63,603 nucleotides of DNA, filler included, from Choristocarpus tenellus KU-1152 (GCA_964200185.2; 9 parts of 9 records of this genome joined end to end with filler, not necessarily neighbours in it); one strand, 5' to 3'. Shown: positions 26,160 to 39,827, numbered from the whole stretch's first letter. The notes: a model not told the origin generated them from the letters alone. A program made the numbers and translations.

Positions 26160-26420
26160 TGGACATAATTCTCCAGAACCTGGTCCACTGATTCATGATG
26201 GAGGAGGTCCACATCGTATGTTGTCTTCTTTCCTACATACTGTAGCACCCTGGATGAGTGCAGTGCACTAGATTGCTAGGGGCCAGCTTATAGGGAGAGG
26301 TTCAAGTGTTTCACTCTCATGGTCCTCACAGGAAGATCTAAACAAATGCCAGAAATTATGACTACTTGGTCTTCTCTCGCAAGAGCTTTTTTCTTGAGAC
26401 TCGGTGGTTAACTTCTGGGT
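26160..26420 (+). pseudogene. Possible decayed Ty3/Gypsy chromodomain fragment
   Basis: With one frameshift it reads PEPGPLIHDG-EVHIVCCLLSY, similar to the PPPxxxDGEEEYEVExIL start of chromovirus chromodomains. Heavily degenerate. Confidence 0.3.
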
Positions 26421-29039
26421 ATTATTAGTTCCAGAAATCTAGCCCCTCATGCCCCAAGGTAGCACCCAAAAGTTATTCCACTGAAATCCACAAAAATATA
26501 CTCTACAACTACATCAATGAAACGTTTACTAAAACATCATGGGGCACCCTCACTCCAATATGTATCACTACATAATTTTAATTGTTTGCTTGCTGGTTAG
26601 GGTTATGGATATATTCCATTTACACGCCTCAGGGAGACCTGAAGTAGCACCCGCAAGTGAGTAAAAAAGCTGAGCATCAAATAACTGGAGAGCAATGTCG
26701 TGCCGGACACATCCAACTACCTATCCTGTGCCTTCTTTGCATATGACTCGCCTTCTGTGGATATGAACTTAGGATGTTTGTAAGGGGAAGTCAAACCTGT
26801 AGAATAAGGACCAATACACAGCAGCATTTCCAGCGTCTCCTGAGCCTCTTATCCACTGTTTCTTGTGTGGATCGAATGCCTAAATCAGTTGGTGAGTGAC
26901 TAACGTTCTTGTGGAACCAGGACAACCCGTTCAGCATGCACATCTAAGTGCCACACGCATTCCTACTAGGTTAAAAGGCTTGGTGCCTTCCTTCCCTTGT
27001 AATCGAAGTGATAGATCGTTCTGTGTTGGGCGTAAATGACTACTATATGATTTGTTTTAAGAATACTATTATGGAGTAGTTCATGATTGCTGAAGTTGTG
27101 TGATGATGAGATCCAGTAAGGAACAAGACCAGATATGTGGTTTTTGCTGCTCCAGGACCTCATATTTTGTCTTTTATAGACTCTTCTTGGAAGCCTTACT
27201 TACCTTTAAGAGCTCTGAGTAGAACTCAATATTGCACAACATGACTGGTCAATGTTTGCCCCAACAGGGCACTTTCTACTCTATTGAATACATACAAGTC
27301 ACTAGGTTTTGTTTTGAGAACGGGTCAAAAATATTATTATTATTGTAACGCAATATTCTTGATGGCCATGACACAACAGAGTAGTGCCGATAAGTCTTAG
27401 GATATTTTGTTGCAGTTATATACCTTGTTTTGTCAAGTGAAAAAGACTGTTGTTACATAAATACTTTGAGAAATGTTAATTGTGCAAGATCACCCACAAT
27501 TGAAACTGTCCAGCCAAACAGGAGGAGATATTAGCATTGATTCACAAGGAGTAGTCAGAAAGAATTTCAAATCATTGGGTAGAATCAGGGAGCGATGGCT
27601 AAGGCTGCTTATACCTTGGTTAAAACAATGCAGGTCGGCTCGACTCTGGTGTGTCTGTCTGCGATATTGTGCAAGCTTTGATCCTTGCTCAGACGTTCGT
27701 CAACCTCGCGAGGTTGTTAATGTGACAGTCTGAGCATGCAGACAGAGACAGTTATCGCGTGCTGTTCCCCTTGATTCTGTGCACAAATCGGAGTATAGTT
27801 CCTATGATTTGACCCGGGTTACACCTCGGTGGACCTCACGAAACTGTTGATATATCTCCTCACCGACTACGCTAGGTCGATGAGGATGGGGAATTCGCAT
27901 GGGAAAAGTGCCTGGCCGCCAGTACATCCAAACTCCTCGGTGGGTGTGGCTGCAGTCACTGTTCGTTCTCTTGGGAATACGGGGTGGTCGAGAGTGTCGC
28001 CAGGGAGAACTGATCTTGAAGGTCGATGACATTCGCGAAGCACTGGCAAGTGGTAGGAATTTTTTCTTGAAATCGGCGTGATATACTGTGGCTTGCAGGA
28101 ATGACCCACATTGCTCAAGGAGTCCTTCAGATATCTTGTCGGTGCTGACAAGAAAGAAGTCATGAGCTTGACGAGATGTGACTGCAGCTCTCTCTGAGTA
28201 TTTCCTTGGCAGTTCCCACAGATATTGGCATCATGTGGAACCACAGCTTCCCGGTTACTGTCATATCACACCACATACTGCACTCTAGAACATCGAGTTA
28301 TATAGTATCGAGCTCACATGAGAACCCTTGCCTTGAATCCTACCAACTTAGTTATTGACTGCCACCAGGGATGGTGTGGACCATGTGAGACATTGCACCC
28401 TACCTTCACTAGGATAGCGCTGGAGACAACGGATTGTGATGAGCGGTGTATCTTTCTTTCGGTGAGGACATCATGTTGCTGAGTCCAGATTTCCTATACT
28501 ACTTTTATTTCTTCCCTTGCTACGCCTCTCTCTCTCTCTCACACACACACACTCTAATTTGAAGCAATTGATGTTCACGTATTATACCCTGATCTTGAGA
28601 TCACCTTTGTTGTGGTTGATCTTTGGAGTTTGATCCTACATGCTCTATGTGTTGAGTGTTCTTATTTGTGACACTCGAGGGAAGAGGATAGTGACTTGTT
28701 ACATGTGCAGAAGGTAGCTAAGGTGACAGTCAAGAAGCTAGGAACCTTTCAGACAAAAGCACTTACATTAGAGATTGTCTTGATACCTGAGCCAAAAGCC
28801 AGACCTTGCTCAGGGCTCAAAGTATCTGGGGGGGGGTGGTTTGTGAGGNNNNNNNNNNNNNNNNNNNNNNNNNNNNNNNNNNNNNNNNNNNNTTAATTAA
28901 TTAANNNNNNNNNNNNNNNNNNNNNNNNNNNNNNNNNNNNNNNNNNNNCACTAATTGATTGTTCCATTACTCCACACATATTTTACCGGAACTGTCCGAT
29001 AGAGTTGGAAGAGTCTAATCGAACAAGTCCCCGTCAGGA

Positions 29040-30480
29040 TAATAATGAACAAGCAGAACCCATCACGGGCTGTTGTTGTGTTGATCCAACAATTTTTGGC
29101 ACAACAGGAGGAACTTGAAGCAGCAATTGTGGAGTAGAAGGGGAACAAACATGGAACTTAAATGGAGCATGACTGATCTCTGACTATGCAGATCTAACGG
29201 GCCAGATTGCTGATTTAACCACCCAGGTTGACCAGGGTGGGGTAGGGCACCAGTGGTGGCACCAGGGGAGAACCTTAACACAAAACTGCAGGCAAGGTTT
29301 GGCAGGAAGCCGTGGAAGCAAGGGTAGGGATGCTTCACAGAGGCGTGTTACACCCCCTGCATCAATGTAGCTGACAAAGGAGCAATGGATCAACTGGTAA
29401 ATATATCAGAGTTCGACGTTATGTCAGGATGTGATGTTCCACATTTCAGTCCGCCAGTCAATTATGCTGCATCCAGACTTAAAAGCACAGGAACAATTTC
29501 TCCCAAGAGGTACACATGATTGCCTTGGTAAAGCAATAATAGAGATTGTCCTACCTCTATATTCACATGGAGATGGTATCCACAACCCAGGTGACAAGCT
29601 GGTTACACCGTTAGAAATCTTAAAGGAGAACTTAATATAGTACTGTATACTAGACAAGACATGAAGTGACGCTGACAGCATCCCCCCTCATCAAGGATCG
29701 TTCCTGAATCGTTCTGTGTGTCAATCAATGAAGGGTCTCAAGGCGTGGATGAGGAAGGTGGATTGTTGGGTGAACTATAATTGGACAACATTCCCTCACC
29801 TTCCAGCCAAGCGGATTGGCCTTCCATACCAGCACCCGCAATGGCACGGTTGGAAAGACCTTACGTATTAGACGACAGGCTTACACAATTGCACTAGGTG
29901 ACATGATGATTGTGTTTAAGAATGAGATGGTAGAAACACAACAAGGGGAAGAAGTAAGATGTTGAAGTCCAAGGAGATCAGATGGTTGGGGTGGTGATTA
30001 AGGAGGCACGTCCACCATCCGCCATGGTGGGTGACAACAGGCAATGGCAAGGGACAAGTGTGCATATTCTGCACCTGCGGGGAACACTGCAACAATGGGG
30101 TCGTATGCCAATTTGCACATAGCCATCAGACACTCATAAAATATACCTGTCGACAAGTGGGAGGAGGCAGCAGGAAGAAATGGAAACAGGAAGCCCAACG
30201 GCTGCACCCTCGACAGATTGCATGTCCCCCCCCCCTTTGCCCCCATCATCCTCATAACTTACGACCCTCGAACATAAGTTACAAAGTGCGTCCATATCGA
30301 TGAAGCGTTTCTCCCAATGTGCTCTGGATAGGCATTTCAAAACGTTAGTAATTTTTTCGTAGGGTCATCGGTGCTAGTAACATCAACTGGGGTCAAAGGT
30401 CCTCAGGATGTTGAGAAAGATGTGTGACATTGGTATCGGATTTAGCTGAACCAGTCTGCTTTACACGTCACAAACACTCG
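29040..30480 (+). pseudogene. Degenerate retrotransposon gag-like region with a CCCH zinc finger
   Basis: ORF 30031-30303 contains CIFCTCGEHCNNGVVCQFAH (CCCH-type), followed by a CSQCALDRH knuckle-like remnant at ~30320. Many stops, no clear exon structure. Confidence 0.45.
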
Positions 30481-31319
30481 TTTCCAATCGATGTTGCTTG
30501 TATGAGAGTGCAACCTGTTCTTTGGGTTAGTGAGAGTTGATTAAGGTTATGGTATTGCGTGGGGGTCCTTGGGGCGTCGAGAACCATGTGGGGTAGTGAG
30601 TGCTGTTTGAAGGAGAATGGGTCAAGGGTAGGAGTTGTTAAAAAAAACGCATGATTGGCGGAGATGCAATTCAAGATAACTTTAGGGTTTTTCCAGATAC
30701 GAGTTCATTGGTTAGAGGTAGACACTCATTACAGAAAAGAACATGATTGGTAGAGGTATAATCCATAAGAAGAGGAAAACCATAGCCATAACACCAACAC
30801 AAAACTCTGTGAGACATCTACAACTACAACCTACTCTCTCCTAGTTAGATTGGATACTTACTACCATGACCTCGCGAGGGCGACCCTCAAGAGCTATTGG
30901 TGGTGGGGGTTCGGCATTTTCCTCTACTAATGAGCTCGAAGGAACACCAATCTCTGTGGCCCAAGTACGGGCATCCCTGTTGGCCATGAGAGAACTCCCA
31001 TGCTTTCAGGTGCATTTTAATACCCTAACCAATTTCGTCCGGGTCATACCAATTCTGAGGAATGGAAATGAATTATTCCCTAGGCACAAACAAAACAATC
31101 TTATTGAAGATAGTAGTTGATGTGGGCATATGATAGGAAGTCCTTTTAGCTAAGCCATTGCCTCGAAGTGGAGGGTACAACACAACCGTTGAATTGCAAC
31201 ATTACCTCTCCCCTCACAGAACCCATGCCAGGGGGTGGCAAGTATTCAGCTAGCTCATTTAGACTTTATCAATAAGATTCTTAGCTGTATTTCTGTCTTC
31301 ACCTTGCTACTTTTTCTCG

Positions 31320-31780
31320 ATACAGGGCCGACCAGACAACAAGATGATGATCGAGAACGTGGTAAACTGCGTCCTTCCGATCGTTGAGGCCGTGGAGCTT
31401 GCAGGAAAGGATCATAGCAGTACATACCAGTTACTCGGATACCCCGTCCTTAGTGGTCAGTGTCTGACCCTCTGAACTCCTCTGGACACCTCGACTTTGC
31501 CACCATGATATTTGTAAGAGTTCCAATTCAAGGAAGCGAAATCCCAGGCTGCAAGGGGAACAAAGTCATATGATTAAGTTGAAAGGCGTCCATCTTTGTC
31601 AAGAGTACGTACGCGATCGATAAACCAGGAAAACCTGACCTATTGTGTGGCGACGACTGTTTTTGAGTTGTATGCAATACCTTTCTCAACCTGGTATCAG
31701 GCCCTTGGCTCTCCGATTATCCTCCCTCCTCCGCGCTACCTCTCCCTCACACTGGACTGCATTATGCTCTGTGGGTTAGG
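31320..31780 (+). pseudogene. Possible hAT-like transposase remnant
   Basis: Fragments MMIENVVNCVLPIVEAVELAGKDHSSTYQLLGYPVL and ALGSPIILPPPRY loosely resemble the hAT L.P..EA and LDPRY blocks. Weak. Confidence 0.25.
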
Positions 31781-34081
31781 GCTAGGCCTAGGCTTCATGG
31801 TTTATGACATCAAGCTTGATCTGGTATATCATTTTTTCGTCTCGACTAGTTGTATTGCTAAGGGTCATCTCTTCCCTCCACATCTCCTCAGCTGATGAAC
31901 ACTCACGTGCACATGTGCGCATGTCAGAGTTGTATCTATTTCACCACTTGCCCCTCCTCTCCTCTCTATTTTTAGTCACACTTCATACGCAAAAGAAAAT
32001 CCCTCATTCTTAGGATATATTTTTGTAAAAGATGGCCATGGATGTATCACTTCAACCTTCCTGGTGTGTTTGAGATGTAGTTGTACCATATATATATATA
32101 TAGGTGCCAGGACTGCACCCGTTACTGAATGAGATATGTGATACAATCCAACGCTTCGCACACCTCGACTGATCCTCTAAAATACCCCGTTCGGTACACT
32201 CTGTTGTGTTTCAAGTAGCCAGCCCATCAGATGGTATGGTACATTTTGCGAACCTGCACACCTAACCTTCGCACCTAACCTTCACACCTTCTTCTCCTGC
32301 TTCCCCCCGTGTGTCACTGTCACTCCTGCTGTCCCCTCTCCCGCCCCCCACCTTGATCTGCTGCCTCTTCTTCCCACATGTCATCGTTGGTACTGCCCCC
32401 CTCCTACACACGCATGTTGATCTACTGCTCAGACAGAAAGACATTGCCCCCACCCCCCCTTCCCCCGCCCCCTTCAACCATGGATAGAGGTGACAACAAT
32501 TGCCAGGGGCAGGCGGGGGGGGGTGGGGNNNNNNNNNNNNNNNNNNNNNNNNNNNNNNNNNNNNNNNNNNNNTTAATTAATTAANNNNNNNNNNNNNNNN
32601 NNNNNNNNNNNNNNNNNNNNNNNNNNNNCCCCCCCCCCCCCCCACGCACACAGATACTTAAGGTCCATGCCAATCCTCCAGACTTTGTTCAATTCTTAGA
32701 TCTAAAGAAGCATATATGGGCATATTAGCATTTACGACAACTGTTTTACTTTGCAGTGGTTGTTGTGATATTGGTTTGGCTTCTTCCCTGACACATCTGC
32801 AAATTTAGAGGACACAATAATATATATATACGGTAAGTAGCAGCAGGCTCTCACTCATCAGATCAAAGCTATCACCAACTTCAGAACAACTGCCCATACT
32901 TCAGTATTGAACTTGACAGGTATAATATCACATAGTATAAAATCGAAAAATAACTCACGTACAATTAATTGCACTGAGAAAGGGGATTTGCAAGATCAAA
33001 AGAAATAAATGAAAAAATATATAACGAGAAGAAACGCATGGAAAATAATCACAATGAAAACATACACAACACCAAAGCACATGTAGAGGTCTTGGTTCAT
33101 AATAGGTGTCAAACCCTCACGAATTGTCACTCATCATGCTCCTATTTCTGGAGTCCACCCAGCCTCCAGGCCAGGTAGTCATCCAATAATAAAGCACCAC
33201 ACCAGACCAGACCAGACCAGACCAGGCGACCTAATAATGAAGGAGAAGAACAGAAGTTGCGGCTAAGCCATTCAAACTCTACGATGACTCTTCCTTGCAG
33301 GTATCGTATGGGTTATGGGGACTACTGAAGAAATCCTGCCGTTGAACACAAAGTGAGTTTCCCAAAGGACGCAATAATATGTAATGAACGGCATATCTCA
33401 GGCTGATAAAAAAAGTATTGCTGGATAACCACCAAACAAATAATAGACTTACGAGTCGAAGGAGTAATACCCAGACAATGTTGTTGCATTTTAAGGAAGG
33501 TGAAAAATATGTCCAAAATATAGAGTCAAAGTAAACGAATACTAAGAATTATGACATTTTAAGGAAGGTGACAAATATGTGGAAAATTGGACTTTTAAAA
33601 AATGTGTAAAGGATATTTTCTTCGTTGTGTCGGAAATTTTCGAAATAACAGAGGAATAAACTCTCTCAACTCAAACTTAGAGGATCCAGAACATGAGTGA
33701 ATTTCAAAAGATTAAAAAATAGCAAAACGTGGAAATTTTGGTAGAAATTAATATTGTCTATTATACATAGAAAACTGTCAAACGAAGCGAAGCCTTCCAG
33801 GCTTTTGAATCAATCTCATATTTTTCTTTTTTCTTTTCTGTCCTCCAATCACACAAATTTGATGGGAGTGAAATGGGAAGGAAGAACGAGGTCAAATCAG
33901 TCCAGATAGGTCAGCGTCCTAAGGATATCAATTTCTGGCCTTATTGTCATGTTGATGTCCCTAGTCAGCGAGTCTATTTTTCTCCAGTGATTGTTGTTGC
34001 CCTGGACTTCGACAAAGCTAGACTGAGGCCTGGAAGATCTAGCCTTGTAGGTTCAATTCCACATCAATAGAAGTTCTCGAG

Positions 34082-35572
34082 ATGTGGAATGCATGGAAAG
34101 GTATGTTGAGTACGCTCATTACCTTAATCGTTTCTGGATGTATTCGTTCATCAATTGCGTCATCTAATCCTCTGGAGTTAAATGGAGGCTCGTGTGTGGC
34201 TATGTCGGGAGACGGGTGCGTCGCCGTGGCAGTCGACCGACGATTTGGAGTGGAGGGGCACCTCGTGTCTGACGATGCTAAGCGTGTATTGAAGGTGGGT
34301 CAGAGCCGACTCCTTTTAAGTTGGCCGCACATAGACATGGATGTGGTAATATGTGCAAATGTCTCGTGTTGCGATGGGTTTTCATAACAAAGGTGCAAAT
34401 TGAAGGCATCAACGTGACCGTACCTTGGTGTTAGACCAGTTCGTGGTACCATGCTCATGAGCACGGCGGGCCTACTGAAGTACACAAGTTTCACTTTTCT
34501 CAATGATTGCCAACTAATATATGCCGCTTCTCCACGTTTCCCAAACGTACTACTTCCCTCTCCTAGCTGCGCTTGATAATTGGAAAGCATCGATTGTCGC
34601 CCCTCGCCAGCTTCCCTTCTTTGTCCCCACTCTTGTGGTGTCACACTCACCAGGTGCATAGCAGCTTGCTCTGCGGCTTTACAGGATTGTGTACAGATGT
34701 GCAGACAGTCATTCAAGATCTGACTGCACAAGTAACACTGAAGAGTCTCTCCGAGGACCGTCCTGTCTCTCCCCCAGCTCTGTCAGGCCTCTTGTCCAGC
34801 TTGCTCTACGCCCGACGGGCTAGTCCTTTCTTTGTGGAACCCATAATTGCAGGCCTAAATCCCAACGGACAGCCATTCCTGTGCGGCCAAGTGAGGACAC
34901 AGTGTTTCCGAAGCCACAACACATGACTGCCTTTTGAATCTCAGGCCCAGTACAATTCGTTTCTCTTATTTTCCTCTCTTGCTTCAATCATATCATTTGT
35001 AGGTTCTATGCCGCTACACATTTTTTCCTAGGGGTGGAGGTGTCGTTTTTATTTCCTTGTTGATAAATGGAAAGATTGGATGCCCTAGATCATTGAGGGG
35101 TTTTTTTGGCCAGAGGATTATTTGACCATGACATTGCTGTGTAGGGAGGGGGCCTATGGAAACTCGATTGGGAAGTGTCCCATATCCTTACTATGGAGCA
35201 TCCACCCATCCTACGTGCGCCCCTTCTCTCTCTGCTCTGCTTTCTAAGGTGCATACATGATTATCTGAACAGATTGCATTGCCTTTTTGCTCAAATACTC
35301 TATGCATACCCTCACCCTTGCCACAGGACATCCTTGGAGCTCCTGTGACAGTTGATGACTTCATCGTTGCAGGCACATCAGCCCAGTCCCTCTATGGAAC
35401 CTGTGAGGCGTTTTATCATCCGGGTATGGGGCCAGAGGAGCTCTTTAGGGCAGTGTCGCGCTGTTTCCTTTCAGCCCTGGAGCGCGACTGCCTCAGTGGT
35501 TATGGGGCCATTGTACACCTTATCACAGCAGAGGGTATCTCCACTAGGGAGCTCAAGAGTCGCATGGACTGA
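34082..35572 (+). CDS. PSMB3: 20S proteasome subunit beta type-3 (PUP3/PBC1 family), divergent, with N-terminal extension; 231 aa, 3 exons
   Basis: Exons 34082-34294, 34654-34890 and 35327-35572, all GT-AG, phase 0. Motifs NGGSCVAM.G..CVAVAVDRRFG, GL.TDVQTV, PFFVEPIIAGL, DFIVAGT, ERDCLSGYGAIVHLIT, LKSRMD*. Confidence 0.95.
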
Positions 35573-36519
35573 ATATCTTCACAATGATATGCACATAATA
35601 TCACCTGGATGTAGCATACTAATGCAAACCATCTACCAACCACTCGGGGCCCATGCACATGTAGATGCCAAAGATTGTCAAAGCGCTGAAGTACAAAGGT
35701 GAATCCCCCTGTCTTGGGAGCCCCTACTGTCATACTTTTTCACTTCTTCAAACAAAGCTTAGGACTGTTTTGCACACACAGATCAGGGTTAGGATTAGAG
35801 TTAGATTCTCGAAAATAAGTGAAAAAGTGAAAAGTAGTGGATCGTTGAGAGGTTCTGTTCCCTAGCGCATACTATACTCCTCCACCGCTTCTTCTAGAAC
35901 GTTTCCTTGGCTTCTTAGAGACATTTTTTATAAACAAGTTAGAGTTGTGGGAAGAGACTGTGGTTTGTTTTCAAAAATGTGAACGAAAAAGTGAAAAGAT
36001 GTGTGACAGCATGGTTCCCGAAGACAGGAGACTCCCGTGTGCACTACATGTGCTCTAGTCATTTCACAAAATCTATGGTACACAATCCTAGAATGGTGAC
36101 ATGACTTCAATCCATACAAGAGCCCTCAGATCCATCACCTCTTCTTAAAGGTTATATTATAATGTTCCCATCCAGTCTACAACTTTTATAATATCAAGTC
36201 AGAGTCCTCTGGTGAAATCTGGTGCCATGTTGTAGCAAATTTTAACATGTTTTGATACATTCCGCATTCGGACCTGAGATCATATATCGTCCCTTAGCAG
36301 AATAGGCAGCAAAATCCATTGAAACTCTTGCTTCTGGTGAAGTCTATGGACTGGGTTGTGGTGTGAAACAAACCGATGATGAGTAGAGAAGATATGCCAG
36401 CTTAAGGTGAATATTCTTGTGTGACTGGCTGTAACATCGAATGTTTTGAATCAATAATCTCTTTGCCTGTTGTGTTTGAGTATTTTATGAGGTGCATATA
36501 ATAGGGGTCTAGGGGGGGA

Positions 36520-36930
36520 TATGTTGAAATATTCAACACTGGACCCACGGTTAAGATGATCAATCGTGTGCCTTGGTAGAGGACAATAAGTAGCTTGGTG
36601 TGAATATATGGTTAGTGTTATAAGGGGCTTGTGGTCTCATTTCCACTGACTGAACTTGTGGGGTTTTCAATTGGTGACACCCATTACTATCCCTTTAGTG
36701 TGGGGTTTGCAATCGTCCACACCATTTCACTGTGAATCACTTATTTACTTGTCTTCAGTGTAGCAAGTGTATCTAGAACATGGTACAAATCAATGGACAC
36801 TAGTGACTCAATACATACGGTGTATCGATCACTGGCTCTCCATCCTATTATCTACTCCGCTGGTGGTGTCTATAGTGTATCAGCAGCACTATCCACGAAC
36901 AGGATATGTTGTACTCTGAGACTACAATAT
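36520..36930. repeat. Dispersed repeat; shorter copy at ~58330-58580 in an adenylate kinase intron
   Basis: Shared blocks GTTGAARTATTC.ACACTGG...AAGATGATCAATYGTGTGCYTTGGTAGA.GACAATA and ATCACTGGCTCTCCATCCYATTATCTACTCC. Confidence 0.85.
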
Positions 36931-37021
36931 TCTACCTCAAGGAAGCATTAATATGAGTATGTGTCTAAGCACTCCAGGACTTACGACTGTACAGCAAACG
37001 CAGTGTATACAGGCAGCATAT

Positions 37022-37274
37022 GAATCAAAGCATCTAAGAGGGTAGAGCCGTGTCCGTTTGGGGCCAAAATCCAATGTGGTGATTTTGATGTCATTTTGGC
37101 TATCATGTTTGCTAGTGTCAATACCCTTGTTCTGGACGCACCTTTTCATAACGTATACCTTTTATCTACTCTGAAACGTTTCGGAAAACGAAAATGTCAT
37201 TAAAAAAAAAATGGGAAGCCGAGCCCCAAACGAACAAACAGGGCAAAATCATACCCTCTAAGATACTTTCACTC
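37022..37274 (+). mobile_element. MITE family A
   Basis: GAATCAAAGCATCTAAGAGGGTA...TACCCTCTAAGATACTTTCACTC. Confidence 0.9.
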
Positions 37275-38063
37275 ATATCAATACAGGTATCAGTCAATGG
37301 CACTTATTTGTGCTTCACAGCAGGTATGAAATGAATGCAAAGCGTCCTGTGTTGATAATCTCGATGTGATACATATCTTTTGTAGATCTTCTGCACTGCT
37401 GTTGCTTGCAATGGTATGAGAGTTAAATGTCGTACATATCTTGTGCTTGTGTTGCTTCTTCATTGTTCCTGCCTCCTTTTCCTTGCCCTTGCATTTAACT
37501 TGCTACATGACTCCCTCATCAGACGCAAGTCACAGTTGGTTATGCAGGAGAACTAATTGATGGCACTATTGTTGGAGAATAGGACCTTCTGGAGACAAAG
37601 AAGTGAGTTGCTTTAGGTCTATAGGTGGGATATAGGTTCCTCTAAGAGCCTCTTTCTAGTGCTATGTTGTACTGCACAGCACGATCTTCGACCTGTAACT
37701 ATACCACACACATGCAACACAAGTAACTTCTCGCATACAGGTGGAAAGGACCACAAATGAAGTAGTATATATTGCTGTTGTTGATTGCATTGGCTTTTAG
37801 TTGTGCATGCTAGCTTGCATTCACTACTGCTCTGTACGAACGTACCCTGGCACACATAGAATGTACTCTGGCAAGCTTTTAGTTCACTACTATTAGTACT
37901 GTGTACATTGGTTGTATGTGGATATCCCCTGGTCGTTGGAGCAAGGGAGGCTAAAGATGTTTTTATGCAATTGCTTGAGCACCATATACGTGTTTGTTTG
38001 TGCTACATTGTCCAGTTGCGAAAACCATTCAGCATTTCCGTGACTGCTCCCAAATGTAGATAA

Positions 38064-38314
38064 GAGCGAAAGTATCTTAGAGGGTAGGGCTGCGTCCATT
38101 TGGGGGTCAAAATCCAATGTTGCAATTTTGATATAATTTTGGCTATTGCGTTTGTTAGGAAGTACCAATATCCTTGTTCCGGACACACCTTTTCATAATG
38201 TATACTACTCCAACGCATTTTGGAGTAGGAAAATGTCATGAAAAAAAATGTGGGAAGACGAGAGCCAAATGGACGAACAGGGCAAACCTCGTACCCTCTA
38301 GGATACTTTCACTC
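38064..38314 (+). mobile_element. MITE family A
   Basis: GAGCGAAAGTATCTTAGAGGGTA...TACCCTCTAGGATACTTTCACTC; TAA/TAA target-site duplication. Confidence 0.92.
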
Positions 38315-39033
38315 TAACAATAGTGCGAGTATTCAGTTGAGGTCGATATCTCGCATGTGTTGTATTTGACCATTCGGGGACAGGACATGCATATGAGGCC
38401 ACTCCACATTGAATGCTCTATCCTCGTTCAGACCTTCCTTTATTACATATGTTGAAGCATATGACTTATGTTGTGCCGTTTGAACGCATGCTACATTGAC
38501 TTCTGTTTTCCCAATCATGTTTCATCGAAACAACTTCTAGCTATAACAAGTGCGTATGTATACTATTTGTTTGTTTGTTTGTTTTCTCTGGACTAGTCTG
38601 AGGCGATAAGGAAACAACCAAGGAACAATGTGATGTTCATAGGCGCCTGAGACGTGAAATGAGTTGAGAAACAGATTTGAGGATACGGATGTTCTGCTAC
38701 AGACCTGCAGTGCACATAATGCCAAATTCAATTCTTGAGCATCAAGTATCAGTTTACATAGGGGTCCCTCAAAACACGATCATGCCAACTGTTTGTGGTG
38801 CCCTTGATCTCATCATACGACCTAAGAGCCTAAAAGATGTAGAAAACCTTCTCGTAAATGGATACTGTTCTATCGAGTCCTAAAGGTGAATGTGGTGTTT
38901 CCTGTGCTTGGACCTTAACTACAAATTCTGCAGATCTCTAGAGTACAAAGTGAAAATTAATTATGGTGATGCTGAATGTTTGTGTTAGAGTTCAAAATTA
39001 GTTGTGAGTGGGGAACTACTAGAAGCAAGGCGA

Positions 39034-39292
39034 GAGTCAAAGTATCTAAAAGAGGGTAGAGCCACGTCAGTTTGGGGGCCAATATCCAACCTTGCGATTA
39101 TAATGTAACTTTGGCTGTCGTGTTTGTTAGGAAGTGTCGATATCCTTGTTCCAGAAACACCTTTTCATAATGTGTATATCTTACCTACTCCGAAATCTTT
39201 CGGAGTAGGAAAATATCATAAACCCCCCTGAGGGAACACAAGCGCCGAAGGAACAAACGACACAAAACAGATACCCTCTAAGATACTTTGGC
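39034..39292 (+). mobile_element. MITE family A
   Basis: GAGTCAAAGTATCTAAAAGAGGGTA...TACCCTCTAAGATACTTTG. Confidence 0.88.
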
Positions 39293-39648
39293 ATGAGGTC
39301 ATTGCCAGCTAGAACAAGGATGGGTTGAGGAGAGTTGGGGAAACTACTTTGGCTGGCGGTACTTGAAGAAGTAGGTAGCTCCTGTGTATCCTAGCTCTAT
39401 ATCTTGTCTTGTTGATAGTTGTCTTTGTTTCAGGTAGCGACGGATGGCTGCCCTTGTAAGGCCTTGGGTTTGGATGTTTCTCCCACAGAGCTGGGAGCGT
39501 TCAGAAACCTTTCACCTTTCTTTTTGTTTTGTGCATAGTAGTAGTAGAAGTGTTGATTGGTTGACTTCTCTTCAAAAAATAGCATGTGAGGTATATGTTT
39601 GTAAGCAGTGCCCTCACAACGTTATTTGACACAAATTTACAAGTACTT

Positions 39649-39827
39649 GGGCTCAAAGTATCTAGGAGGGGGAGAAAGCTGTCCATTTGGGGTCAATTTT
39701 TTCATGTCGTGATTTTTGGGTATTTGGTTGCATACGTCGGATGAATACAGTAAATGCACTTTTCTTGATTTTGGTCCAAATGGAAACCCTGGTGTAGACC
39801 CCCCCCTCTTCCCAGATACTTTGGGTC
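39649..39827 (-). mobile_element. MITE family B, inverted copy
   Basis: GGGCTCAAAGTATCTAGG...CCCAGATACTTTGGGTC; internal sequence is the reverse complement of 9930-10104. Confidence 0.85.

Noticed and set aside
27470-28500. Possible integrase zinc-binding fragment (HRGVTRVKS) on the minus strand
   Set aside because: It is a single weak motif with no downstream WWP/CxxC or DDE support.
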